Shown in pieces: positions 1 through 19,553 of a stretch of 64,000 nt of DNA. Location: contig NIVC01001892.1 of assembly GCA_002269645.1 (NCBI GenBank), positions 62,001 through 126,000 of the forward strand. Reading direction: 5' to 3'. Within the stretch, counting starts at the first letter, position 1; each line of letters opens with the position of its first letter. The notes below the pieces were generated by a model, which saw nothing but the letters and a program-made list of their open reading frames with translations, was not told the DNA's origin and searched no databases. Source of the stretch: Macrostomum lignano. Its lineage: Eukaryota. The translations under genes and the position numbers were made by a program.

Positions 1-1140
1 AGACAGGTAGGCTGAGACAGGCAGGCTGAGACAGACAGGGATAGACAGTAGGCTGAGACAGGCAGGCTGAGACAGACAGGGATAGACAACAGGCTGAGAC
101 AGACAGGAATAGACAGCAGGCTGAGACAGACAGGGATAGACAACAGGCTGAGACAGACAGGAATAGACATCAGGCTGAGACAGACAGGAATAGACAGCAG
201 GCTGAGACAGACAGGGATAGACAGCAGGCTGAGACAGACAGGGATAGACAGCAGGCTGAGACAGACAGGGATAGACAGCAGGCTGAGACAGACAGGCTGA
301 CAGCAGGTTGAGATAGGCGGGCTGAGACAGACAGGGATAGACAGCAAGCTGAGACAGGCAGGCTGAGACAGACAGGGATAGACAGCAAGCTGAGACAGAC
401 AGGCTGAGACAGACAGGGATAGACAGCAGGCTGAGACAGACAGGGATAGACAGCAGGCTGAGACAGACAGGGATAGACAGCAGGCTGAGACAGACAGGGA
501 TAGACAGCAGGCTGAGACAGACAGGGATAGACAGCAGGCTGAGACAGACAGGGATAGACAGCAGGTTGAGACAGGCGGGCTGACAGCAGGCTGAGACAGG
601 CAGGCTGAAACAGGTAGGCTGAGACAGCAGGCTGAGACAGACAGGGATAGACAGCAGGCTGAGACAGACAGGGATAGACATCAGGCTGAGACAGACAGGA
701 ATAGACAGCAGACTGAGACAGGCAGGGATAGACAGCAGGCTGAGACAGGCAGGGATAGACAGCAGGCTGAGACAGGCAGGGATAGACAGCAGGCTGAGAC
801 AGACAGGGATAGACAGCAGGCTGAGACAGACAGGGATAGACAGCAGGCTGAGACAGACAGGGATAGACAGCAGGTTGAGATAGGCGGGCTGAGACAGACA
901 GGGATAGACAGCAGGCTGAGACAGGCAGGGATAGACAGCAGGCTGAGACAGACAGGGATAGACAGCAGGCTGAGACAGACAGGGATAGACAGCAGGCTGA
1001 GACAGACAGGGATAGACAGCAGGTTGAGATAGGCGGGCTGAGACAGACAGGGATAGACAGCAGGCTGAGACAGGCGGGCTGAGACAGGTAGGCTGAGACA
1101 GGTAGGCTGAGACAGGCAGGCTGAGACAGACAGGGACAGA
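1..1140. repeat. 27-bp minisatellite (GACAGCAGGCTGAGACAGACAGGGATA)n, runs off the window start
   Basis: Visible tandem units with minor variants; the 327-aa minus ORF is a repeat artefact. Confidence 0.95.
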
Positions 1141-1589
1141 TACAGTCAATCAAATCCGTAATATTTGAGCTGCCTCACTGACAATCTGGACCAGCTCAAC
1201 CCTAATCACGCACTGAAAGAGGATGTTTTGCGTTGCCAGACACGAGTATTTAACAAGTGGGTGGCATCTCCCAGATAGAAAGGACGCTGGATATTTTCAA
1301 CACTTTCAAAAATTTTAAGGGTTACAGCGCGCGCGGGTACAAGTGCGAAAAAAAGAAATTATTTGGATATGCAGGAGTACTGAGACAGCTTTGAAAGGCA
1401 CGCTAATAGCGATTTGAGTAGCTCCGAATAAGGGACTGTCAATCAAGTTTTTTGTTTGTAAAAATTAATCAATACAACAAGGATATTCAACATTAACTGC
1501 GAGCGTACATGTAATGAAGAAAGAAATCATCCGTTTATGTACTTTCCTCTTGCGGGCGAAGTCTAATCTAATGCTAGAGAGTTCAGTGC

Positions 1590-1894
1590 CGAGTGCCCAA
1601 CTCGGATGCTCAACACAAAGTCTTCAACCCACAGTGCTCAGATCTGAGTGCTCAAAACGGAGTGCTCAACCCAGAGTGACCAACCCGTAGTGTTCAACCT
1701 AGAGTGTTTAGCTCGGAGTGCTCAACCTGGAGTATTCTGCCTAGAGTGCTCAATCCGTAGTGCTCAACCCGGAGTGCTCAACCCGGAGTGCTCAACCAAG
1801 AGTGCTCAACCCGGAGTGCTCAACCCGGTGTGCTCAACCCGGTGTGCTCATCCCAGAGTGCTCAACTCAACCGGCAGTGTCCAACCAGGAGTGC

Positions 1895-1900
<6 letters not shown>
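1590..1900. repeat. Degenerate ~14-bp repeat (GAGTGCTCAACCCG) at the GPCR 3' end
   Basis: Many GAGTGCTCAA/GTGCTCAACC units with variable spacing. Confidence 0.8.
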
Positions 1901-5777
<3,877 letters not shown>

Positions 5778-5937
5778 TCTAAAGCAGAGTTGATGAAGCG
5801 CAGCTTCCTTATAGCAACCAGGACGCACTGAGTTGCAGCTGATGAAGCACCAGGCGCACGAAAGCTCTGCTTGAATCCATTTTAACCCAAAGCCGCCCAC
5901 AAGAGCAGCAGGCCGAGTTATCCCCGGATGAAGCTGG

Positions 5938-6522
5938 GGGCTCAAGCAAATCCCAGTCAGCCTCCTTCAGCTGGCTGATAAGATAACCTGCTGCAGCTGC
6001 TGCTGCTGCGGCTCACAAGCCAGCCGGATGTCAAACACAGATAATTTTGAACTTTTACGAGCTAGTAGCACCTTCAACTTCGACTTGAGCAGTTATCTCA
6101 GGCCCTGAGCCTCAGAGACCGTCAAGACTGCTCTCCGCCTTCCGCATTCAGTTTTACTTCGTGTGAAAATAAACCACTGAACGCGAAGAAAATAAGTATA
6201 AAAATCTATAAAGTTTGATTCGCAGAGTAAAACAATATAATTGTAAGAAGCCAGCAGAACTTTTGCGGAATCTACATGTATCAACACGGAAAAATAACAA
6301 ATAATTTCTGCATCAAAAAGTTAAAAAGCGCGAATGCTTTGATTTTGAGAATTCGAGAATCAACATCGCATGCTGTGAGCTCTTTTGAGTCGCTGTTACT
6401 GAGAGGGCGAAACACTTCGAATTTGTTTCGAAGTCGCCGCTGGCCTGCCAGGAGCCGTCGGCAAGCCGGTGCATCATCTCCACCACGCTGTGCGAGTCTT
6501 CCAGCTTCCACTGGTGACCTTT
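5938..6522 (-). pseudogene. Duplicated copy of the GGT 3' end: last-exon fragment 6430-6522 plus downstream flank
   Basis: 5938-6428 matches 19618-20108 (offset 13680; two substitutions seen, at 6221 and 6403). 6430-6522 matches 20254-20346 (KGHQWKLEDSHSVVEMMHRLADGSWQASGDF). The 145 bp containing the GGT stop codon are missing from this copy. Confidence 0.9.
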
Positions 6523-8157
6523 TCGTTTCTTTCCTTTTCTTTTGTTGGGAGGGCAACGAGGCAACGCAGTTCAACCACGCTGCCTACAGAGCGTGTGCTT
6601 GTTACGTTCGTAGAATTTCTGAATCGAGAAATATGACTGGTTCTCTCCTCGTCAGTGAATGCAGAATCAAATCTGACGAGTTGACAGCAAAGCGTAAGAA
6701 TCGCGGTGCAATTTTCAATTTCCTCCAGTTGCCTGCCTCCACAATTAAAATTTATAGTATCTGTGGTCGCGACTGGCTTTCGTGCATACCGATCTTAGGA
6801 CCCAGACAAAACTACCCAGTCCGGACTGGCTAGTCTGGCCTGGGCTTTATACATACGGCCCATTGAAAGCTAAACTATAGAAAGCACATTTCATCACAGA
6901 ACTTACACAGAATGCTCAGTCTATGTTTTATAATGACTCCGAAATGCATGCGCGTGCACACTACTTTTTCGATGAAGGCGCCGCAAGTAGTGCAGGGGAA
7001 ACTGGTAGAGCATCATGTAATTTAACCATCTCAAGTCTCATCATCAATAGTTATGGAAAACTGCATGGGAAGCCGGCTCATATCAAGTCTGCTAAGAAAG
7101 ACAAAACTAATTTACTATATTGAACTCAAGCGACACAAGATGAACGCACTATTGCATGTTTATTGTCGATAGTTAGCACCTACCTACGTGAATATCGATC
7201 AAATGGTGTAAAATGTAAAATGTCAAAGTGTAAAATAGAAAAGGTATATATGTACCAGATAGGATAAATCTGTACCACTCGCCACTCGTTATTGAAATGC
7301 ATTGAGTCGTTGCAATTTCTTAATCACTGCTATGGGGCCAGCCGCCTGTCACCGCTATCTCTGTTGCTGTGCTGCAGCTCGCTGATTTCTGCACCAATTG
7401 GTGCGGCCTGAAGTCGGCTGTACAGCGCAGCAAATCTGGTTGTTGCACAGTTGGCATTGTGAGCATCACTGCAGGTAGATTCAAGCCCGACTTCATATAC
7501 TTGTGCAGCAGCCACCATGGCATTACTTCTCCTCGTCTATGAAACTATCGTAATCATCTGGCAGATTGGCAAGATCTTCCGGCAAATTTAATTTGCCTCA
7601 CGATGTCTGGTCACAGCCGACCGAGCCCTCTTCACACAGTCAGGTAGATGCCTGGTGGTCTGTCTCACGGATTGTTCAACATCGTCAGCAGCCGATGGTA
7701 TGCCTCTGAATGGCTTTCAGTCAGTTAAAGATTTTGTGATTTACCTACATGTATTACAATAGTTTCTGCTTAAAACGGGCTTCGATGCTCACTACGGTTA
7801 ATCAAATTCCTTCATCGGAAAAGTAGTCGATGTGCGTATCTATTTCGGCGCAGTCCTCACCCTAACAACTAGCTGATTGAGCATTCTGTGTAAATTCTGT
7901 GCATTTCATAACAAGGCGAATTGTCCACACAGTTTTTAATATTAGCGTTCAAAAATGCAGACTTTACGAGTTTTGATCAAACTCGTATTGATCAAAATCA
8001 GTTAGTTTCATTACTTGGAGACAATGGGCCCGTTCTATAAAGCCATTATAGAAAGCCGACAGCTTTATAGTACGACCCCCATAATTTCAGCGGCTATAAT
8101 TTGTCCAAATGCCGTTTCAACTTGATTTAATTAAGACAGCTTCGAAGCAGCCATAAA

Positions 8158-8520
8158 GGGGGGGCCGTAGCCCAGCGGTAGCGCAGCTGCTCTGGTGTGC
8201 CAGCGATCCAGGCTCGATTCCAAGTGCAGCCACATTAATTTGGGGCTGAATTGGAATTTCGGCTTGGCTCGCCTGTGCAATTAACGGCCTTGAGAGCCAA
8301 CCCCCCAAGGCGCAGTGAAGTGTACATGCCTAACGATAATATAAAGTTAGGGCCGCTGTACACTCCTGTGTGAGTGTGTGCCTGCGTACGTATCCGCGCG
8401 CTTGTGTGCCTGCTCAGGGGAGTCGGCGGAATGGGCATTAATGCCTCTCGCCGGTTGTGTGCCAATGTCGCTTAAAGTGCGCCAGGGTGCACACAACCCC
8501 CTGCCTCTAATAAAAAAAAG
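8158..8520 (+). mobile_element. tRNA-derived SINE, family A, near full length
   Basis: A-box TAGCCCAGCGG (8168) and B-box GGCTCGATTCC (8211); body shared with copies at 14.7k, 18.5k, 19.1k, 31.6k; A-rich tail. Confidence 0.8.
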
Positions 8521-9664
8521 CAGTTATAAACCCCACACGGACGTCTACATGCACTGCAAGCCAGTCCAATATCCGCCAAAGCCATGTTTTTTTAAAAAGC
8601 TATAATTGTCAGAAATGCTCATTCTTTCATTCAATAAGGGCCAATTTTCGCAGTTTTTATGATTTTTAACGTTAAAATGCTAAATTTATTGATCAAACTT
8701 AGTAGTTTCATCCCTAAAACCATAATTTCAACCACTAGTTTGTCAAAATTCTAGCTGCTTCAACTTGTCCTGCGACAGCTTCGAACCAAGAAAAATGAAT
8801 TATCACACACACTGACCACCATATACATGTACATGCATATGCATGTCGACACAGAATAGTGATTATTGAAAGCAAAATTGCATTTTTCATTTAAGAAGGT
8901 CAATTTCACAGTTTTTACTATTCTTAACGTTAAAATGCAAACTTTATTGATCAAAATAAGTTATTATGCATCAAAAGAACCATAATTTTTTCAATATCGT
9001 CACAAATGCTGTTTTCAAACTTGACACAAGACAGCTATAGCTTTCGAGCGAAAGTCGAAAGAGCTGCTTGACCTTTGCAGAAAAAGCATGTTTTTTTATA
9101 TTTAATCTCGTTAGCGCGCATTGAGCAATTTCTTAACCAAGACACTACTGCATTTACCACCACGGAAGTTTTAGTAGTTTTAGTCTATTAGCTGCCTACT
9201 ACGCCACATTAGCAACTCCAACTAAGTAACCAAATCTATTTATCCCGCACCGCGGCTCTGCCGGACATTTAATAGTAGTTCGCGTGCTGAATATATAACC
9301 CCTCCAACCGTATTTATCTTACACCGCCTAATACATGTAATTGACAAATTGACAACGTACTAATATTAATATTTATCCTTCTTTGAAGCCCATAGCATTA
9401 TCTTGAGTAATTTGCCCGTGAGGCGTAAAAGCAACCAATCGTTCTCAACTCTAAGCGAGCTCTGGGAAACTAACGTTCCGTAATACGTAAATTATGGTGG
9501 TGGCAGCGATACGCTACTATTAGTAAGCATCAACGAATATCGACGTACATTGAATTTACGGTGTCTAAAAGACCCAATTTGAACGACCGTGCCTAACGAA
9601 GACCGCTCGAATACGATTAAAACACCTTTCCCGGAACTGAGGACCCGGCAGACGGAGTACACAG

Positions 9665-10737
9665 CAAGGACCACTGTATATACACAAGGACTACTCAACA
9701 ACTCAGGAAGTTACACTTGCGAATGGTAGAAATTCTAGAAAAAGCCGCTTGCTCCGCTGTGTCTATGGCAATGATCGAAGCCTTTTCACTAACAAACTCT
9801 CATACTCTCAGTGCAAGGTTTAAACAAAGTGAAGCAACAATTTTTGTTTTTCATCCAAATTCTTATCACACGTTCTTTTTGTTCAAAATGCAAATGAATG
9901 CTGCGTCCCAGGATGCAGAAGCAATTATATAAGCGGCGAAAAATGCACTGTTTTCGGCTTTCCAAAGGAAGAAGCTGAAGCTGATGCATGGCTCAATGCG
10001 TTGCCTGTGCAAGTATAAGGTAATTCATGTAACTTTTGACCCTAATTTCTCGTCCCTACTATAAAGATACGCGAGTGACTGTATTGCGGTGATTATTCAA
10101 TTTTATCTGTAGAAGGCTAGCATCTACATGGGAGTTGGGTTTTCAGCACAGGCTGCAGCGCAGTCAACTGCATGGAAGCAATTTTCAACAGGAAGCGCAG
10201 CTATGAAATCTCTGCAAGCCCTGCAGCTCATTCTCACATAGCTGCGCTTCAGTCGATCTGTCTACCGGTAAAATCATCTGATCCACGTCAGCAATTTCTT
10301 CTAGGCGATTCTGGGCAGCGTTGTGTTGACAGTTCCGTGCTTGTTTGAGAAAATATTCGAAAAAAATTGTGTGTGCGAGTGTCTCGAAGGCACTCGCACT
10401 CGATATCTCGAATCTTTATGTTCATCTGGATCTATTTTGCCTTATACAGTTGTATACAGAGTTCCATCAGTTGCATATCCTACTCTTTAATTGTAATGTA
10501 CTTCTTGTAGCGACTATATTTGTATTTTTTAATTATATATTCGTAAAAAAATATATATATAGCGAACAGTTTATGAGCACCTACCACTAGATAGGTTAGC
10601 ACTTGCTTCTTTATCGAAAAAGCTTATTGAAAAGCCATAGAAACAGCTAAAGCAAGCGGCCTTTTCTAGAATTTCTACCAATCGCGAGTGTAACGTCCTG
10701 AGTTGTTAAGTAGTCCTTGTATATACAGTGGTCCTTG
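9665..10737. mobile_element. Non-autonomous hAT-type DNA transposon, 1073 bp
   Basis: ~105-bp imperfect TIRs (9665-9769 / 10634-10737) starting CAAGGACCACTG; exact 8-bp TSD GTACACAG (9657-9664, 10738-10745); no transposase ORF. Confidence 0.88.
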
Positions 10738-10938
10738 GTACACAGGAGAAAATTTGTTGAGATTTGACTGCGGGACTTTCCGGCATAATTCGTGCGAACT
10801 CAACGCTGGCGGCATTTCAAATTTGTCAAGCCGCCCAACTTTCGAAAAAACTTTCTAGCTATCCCCACTTCAATTATATAGTCTGTCATTTGCTTCTAAA
10901 GCTTAAAAAATATTTATTTATATTTTCAGAACCTCAAA

Positions 10939-11718
10939 ATGGGCCGTAGAAAGATTGAAAAACAAACTTCTGTAAAGAAATCAAATAGAAAAACTATTGT
11001 CAATATGACAAAGAAGGCAGAGAAGAGATCGACCAGAGGGAATGGAGCCAATAAAAAAAAGCCTTCAGTAAAGCACTTGTCCCACTTCCTCCGTATCTAC
11101 AAAGGACTCGAGGACTGGCACATACCTATCTTTGCTGCAGTTAAGCAGTTCTGTGGGAACATAGCCACTGTGATGTACCCTGGTTGCGACAAACATCTCA
11201 CCGCTTCGCTCATCTTCGACAATGTGACCTACATCGACCTTAACTCCAAGATGCTGCCTTTCTTCAGTGATCCGGCTATTCATTCCTGGATTGAGGAGAA
11301 CAAGCAGTATACTGGACCGACCATCTACAATTTTGAAAACACAAACTTTGATAGGTTTGTTCCTGTGAATAATAAGCCCTACGACCTGGTGATTTCGGCA
11401 TCAGCTGGACTTGTCAGTAATTCCGCCTGCATGAAATACCTAAAAAATGGCGGCCATTTTCTAGTGAGCGATGCTCACTTTGATGCCAGAAATGCCTATA
11501 CAAAGAAGCATTTTAGTCTGGTAGCTGTCTATGATTCTGAAAGTGGGCAGTTGATCAGCGAGAAGAAATGTTTGGATGATTATTTTTTGACAACAGAGAA
11601 AAAGAAGATAACTAAGGTGCAGGTTGAAGAAAGTGTTTCGAAACCTAAAAATAAGCGATCATTTAAGTTGATAAAGGAACCTTCAGCTTGCTTCTTCTTG
11701 TTTAAGAAAATTAAATAA
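10939..11718 (+). CDS. Putative class I SAM-dependent methyltransferase with Lys/Arg-rich N-terminus, 259 aa, intronless CDS
   Basis: Clean ATG-TAA ORF outside repeats; VMYPGC (motif I-like), VTYID (acidic end of beta2), YDLVIS, YLKNGGHFLV; TTTTCAG acceptor 10 nt upstream of the ATG. Confidence 0.75.
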   Translation: MGRRKIEKQTSVKKSNRKTIVNMTKKAEKRSTRGNGANKKKPSVKHLSHFLRIYKGLEDWHIPIFAAVKQFCGNIATVMYPGCDKHLTASLIFDNVTYIDLNSKMLPFFSDPAIHSWIEENKQYTGPTIYNFENTNFDRFVPVNNKPYDLVISASAGLVSNSACMKYLKNGGHFLVSDAHFDARNAYTKKHFSLVAVYDSESGQLISEKKCLDDYFLTTEKKKITKVQVEESVSKPKNKRSFKLIKEPSACFFLFKKIK

Positions 11719-12654
11719 ATACTACTGCTATAAGCAACCTTTCTTTTGGTAAAACTTTATACTACTTATTGTCATAATTGTTTTTTTAATGATTAATAAG
11801 CGTCTTTTGCTATGATTTCATCGAGACATAATTTGTGTCTGTAACACAAAGACAATGAATTGTACTATAATGCAAAACAGCATGTAGTATCCTTTTGCGA
11901 TATGTCTACCTAGCCTACTTTGTATTTTTAAACCTCCATAAAAATTAACATTGTTTTGAAAGCTTAGAAATCTTTGATTTGAAATGGTCAGCTCATTGTC
12001 TTTGCAATTGACTTCATCCTGACAGCCTCTGCTGGGTGCTGGCATAGAAATTTGTGCTTTATGAAATTGATTGTTATATATCCTAATTTGTTGTTTGTTA
12101 CACTATTTGTTACTACTATTTGTTACATTTAATATGTATAACATTTTTCAAATGAATCCATAAATTTGTGCTTGTTAGCCTATGTGTAAATGTGTATTTC
12201 TTTTCAAGTAAATCCTGTTGGTTTATTAATAGCAATAGTTTTTTATGTTAATATAAAATTTAAACATTGCATAAAGTGTGAATCTTTTTTAGGAAAGCAC
12301 ATAATATACCTTTTTTAAATTATTTTTAAGTAAAATGACCCCAGTAACAAACTTTAATTGATGATTATCATTGTTATTTTATATATTATAATGCTCCTTG
12401 TCACAATGATGTCGTTGTTCTACATGTATATAAATCATGCATTAATTAAATTACTGCCATATAGTCTTATGTAGTGTTCCACCATAAGGGGGGTCCCTGT
12501 GCCGTAGCCATAGCTGTAAGCAAAACTACTGCTTATTCTAATTCTCTGTATTCTGTAGCCATAGGGACCCCAATATTACCATATTCCTGTAGTCCCCATA
12601 GCCATAGCCATAGTTTTAACAAAAAGTCTAGGAAATAAAATATTTCAAATCAGG

Positions 12655-12799
12655 ACATTCCTCCAGCCAAACTGACGTCACGACTCAACTGTGTGACCCA
12701 GCCGCTGCTGGTGGCGTTGCAGCAGCCGAAAGTGCAGAAGGAGCCGCCGCTGGCCCCAGCAGAGAATGATGAGCTCTCGAATCCGCCGCTGAAGCCTGT
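12655..12799 (-). pseudogene. Remnant of the last exon of glycine-rich-domain gene paralog B
   Basis: Minus strand reads GFSGGF...GASGGSFCTFGCCNATSSG then VVTSVWLEECP; homologous to 30705-31060 (CNATSGG...VVTPVELEECR). Confidence 0.6.
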
Positions 12800-14130
12800 C
12801 TACCCTCTACAGACACCTCTCTACCTCCACAGACACCTCTCTACCCGCTACAGGCACCTTCTCTCCCTCTACAGACACCTCTCTACCTGCTACAGGCACC
12901 TTCTCTACCTCCACAGACACCTCTCTACCCGCTACAGGCACCTTCTCTCCCTCTACAGACACCTCTTGTGATGATGGGGCTCAAGGGCTCGGTCCTTTCG
13001 TGCCCCTTTCCCAGACCCGGGTTCGTGTACTGACCCTGGCTGCGGTCCTCCACTGACACGCGTACGACGCGGTGTCCGTCGGGACTAGGCTGCTCGAGCG
13101 TACGACGCACGACAGCCTACAGACTCGCGTACGACGCAGAGCTGCTTGGGGTGGGACCGGCGTACGACGCACTTAATCCCTCTAAGGTGCCTAGTACAGA
13201 TGCAGACCCAAATGACGTACAAATTGGAAGGCTTACCAGCCGCGATTTCAGTCGTACAAGAAACAGCGCCGTCAGAGCAGTGGTGATCTCGATATCCTTT
13301 ACTTATATATTTGTCTAGCAATTCTGCGAGGAATAGCAATTCAGCAACCAACGCTGGCACAATCGCCGAGGAGCCACAAAGACGACGAGAATGGGGTCTC
13401 AAGGGGCTCTGAATAAATAGGCAGCAAACTGGAGGTTGAGGGCGCGGGATAAAGGCAGAAAAGGGGGCTTAGACATCAGCCAAGGCAACGCATGAGCTGT
13501 ACCAGCCAATCGCCGGGGCGCAGCACGGCAGACTGGGACTGGCAGCCAATCACAAACAGGGGCGGGGCAGCAAAGCTAACAAAATAATGGGGCGGGGTCG
13601 CACGCAGAGCATGGGGGGGGGGGTTGACTCAACAGAAAAGGTCTAGGCAGGGAGCGGAGGGGTACGCACGCGCAGAAGTGCAGGTGGGTGAGTCAGAAAA
13701 TATCTAAGGAGGGGGGAGGGGGAGAGGACGGCCCACTGGCCCGGTGCAGCAACTTAGCAAAGAGCACACTGTCATAACACATTCATGACACTCTCTATCT
13801 GCTACAGGCACCTTCTCTCACTCTACAGACACCCCTCTATCCGCTACAGACACCTCTATCCGCTACAGACACCTCTCTCTATCCGCTATAGACACCTCTC
13901 TCTATCCGCTACAGACACCTCTCTCTGCCCTCTACAGACACCTCTCTCTACCCTCTACAGACACCTCTCTCTACCCGCTACAGGCACCTACATGTATCTC
14001 TATCCGCTACAGACACCTCTCTCTATCCGCTACAGACACCTCTCTCTATCCGCTACAGACACCTCTCTCTATCCGCTACAGACAACTCTCTCTATCCGCT
14101 ACAGGCACCTTCTCTATCCGCTTCAGACAC
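12800..14130. repeat. 21-bp minisatellite (ACAGACACCTCTCTATCCGCT), interrupted by the 12967-13790 insert
   Basis: Units at 12800-12966 and 13791-14130; the same unit recurs at 29650-30065. Confidence 0.9.
12967..13790. mobile_element. Probable solo LTR, 824 bp
   Basis: Termini TGTGATGA...TCATGACA (TG..CA, 7/8 inverted); CTCT on both flanks; four CGTACGACGC motifs (13061, 13099, 13128, 13161); TATATA ~13303, AATAAA ~13413; two CCAAT boxes (13506, 13546) and GC boxes. TSD evidence is weak because the flank is CT-rich. Confidence 0.55.
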
Positions 14131-14545
14131 AAACCATCTATACAATACTGCTGCAGACACCTGCCATCTATACAATACTGCTGCAGACACCTGCCATCTA
14201 TACAATACTGCTACAGATACCTATCTATACAATACTGCTGCTGACACCTGCCATCTATACAATACTGCTGCAGACACCTGCCATCTATACAAAACTGCTG
14301 CAGACACCTGCCATCTATACAATACTGCTACAGATACCTATCTATACAATACTGCTGCTGACACCTGCCATCTATACAATACTGCTGCAGACACCTGCCA
14401 TCTATACAAAACTGCTGCAGACACCTGCCATCTATACAATACTGCTACAGACACCTATCTATACAATACTGCTGCTGACACCTGCCATCTATACAATACT
14501 GCTACTGACACCTGCCATCTATGCAATACTGCTGCAGACACCTGC
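14130..14545. repeat. 30-bp minisatellite (GACACCTGCCATCTATACAATACTGCTGCA)
   Basis: Tandem units; right part repeated at 18056-18310. Confidence 0.9.
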
Positions 14546-15208
14546 CATCTATGCTCCAGTCTTTCCTGCTCGCTAAGAGGGGACTTGTAAAGAAAGAAAG
14601 ACTGGGAACAGATCAGGATGTGCTGGGCAAATACGAGTAAATGTACAATGCACATGTAGCTTTTTATTTTTTATTAGAGTCAGGGTCTGCGCGCACCTAC
14701 CCTAGCGCACCTTAGGCGACTTTGTCTCAGAATCGGCGGTTCTGCACTACTGGCCACTCGGCGGACTCCCCTGAGCAGGCACACAAAGGCGAGGACACGT
14801 ACATGTACGCAGTCACGCACAGGCACACAGGAGTGTGCAACTTGACTTTATATATCTATACACAGATTTTATCCCTCCATCTTCTGCTCACAAGCCAGAA
14901 AGAATTTCTAACACTCTGGCCTCTGATCGGGCCCTATTACTAGTGTGAGGCTCACATCTCCGAATCTCTGATCTCTGTGCCGCAAATTATTCAAGACAGT
15001 GTATTTTATAGTCAAGCAAAAGCAAACTGGTTTAATTGACAAAATGAAGAGCAATGCATAGTTTGAGCGGGGCAGGGTTATCGCTCGAGCATTTTTCTCT
15101 GTCCCGTTGTTAGGCAACCATATCACCCCCCCCCCCAAAAAGCATTGCTGCGACTCTACTGTGTCACGCGTTCGCAGGCTACTGGCTTGGCCTTCGAACC
15201 TCAGCTTT
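14290..15208. repeat. Left copy of a ~918-bp direct duplication flanking a LINE
   Basis: Matches 18056-18972; the only difference seen is a C run of 11 versus 9. Confidence 0.92.
14655..14838 (-). mobile_element. SINE family A, 3' half (duplicated at 18421-18604)
   Basis: Reverse complement aligns with 8355-8520. Confidence 0.7.
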
Positions 15209-18972
<3,764 letters not shown>

Positions 18973-19080
18973 GTTATCTGCCCTTTAGTGTAGAGCTGGT
19001 CTAGCTGGATAGCACCGGTCGAGACGAGAGGAGGCCGTTGTTTTTTTCGCTTCGATGTAAGCACAATTCCAGTGCCTACA

Positions 19081-19215
19081 TTATCGTTAGGCATGTACAC
19101 TTCACTGTGTCTCGGGGTTTGGCCCTCAAGGGCGTTAATTCCACGACTGCACTTGGAATCGAGCCTGGGCCGCTGGCACATCAGAGCGCCGCGCTAGACC
19201 AATGGGCTGCGCCCC
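19081..19215 (-). mobile_element. SINE family A, 5' half with tRNA-like head
   Basis: Reverse complement aligns with 8160-8340, including B-box GGCTCGATTCC. Confidence 0.75.
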
Positions 19216-19276
19216 TCCCATACATGTAGCTTTGTTAAACACTGACAAATATAAAGTGCCACTAGAGCCATGGTAC

Positions 19277-19553
19277 CTGCAAAGTACACCGCTGCACCTC
19301 CGCCGCCACCAGCAGCCAGCTGGAGCAGCTCAGCCTCTGTGTACACGAAGGAGGCATCCGCCGGTCACGCAGTTGCCAGAGCAGGTTTGCCCCGAGTATT
19401 CTACATGATTCGTGCCCCGCTGGCCAACAACAACGGTCAGCGCGGTGTCGGCCAAGAGGCACGGAGCTGAGAATTTGTAGCAGCGCTTGTGAGAACTGCA
19501 TCAGCCGGTCAGAACTCAGCATGGACTTGCAGTATCTACTCACCGACAAAAGT
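19277..19553 (-). pseudogene. Glycine-rich (ALK/LTK-type) gene paralog B, internally deleted exon plus upstream intron
   Basis: Homologous to 31808-32220 (LLLAAGGGG..VYFA|GT donor); about 150 bp encoding VPQTGCYRIEA is missing; keeps the GTGAGT donor at 19543. Confidence 0.75.

Noticed and set aside
5780-5875. Hammerhead-like CTGATGA...GAAA with flanking AAGCAGAG/CTCTGCTT stem
   Set aside because: Stem II does not pair and the cleavage triplet would end in G; probably coincidental. An Infernal search would settle it.
7320-7700. Short minus-strand ORFs resembling a decayed coding region
   Set aside because: Several stops, no recognisable motif and no consistent splice sites
8158-8235. tRNA genes at 8160, 19150, 26590, 27130 and 28890
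   Set aside because: A and B boxes are present but acceptor and anticodon stems are broken and each continues into a shared repeat body, so these are SINE heads
10760-12600. Bacterial contamination or chimeric contig as the source of the AT-rich methyltransferase island
   Set aside because: Flanks include a eukaryotic hAT element, a splice acceptor, an AT-rich UTR-like tail and paralog fragments of neighbouring genes, with no operon structure; not fully excluded without long reads
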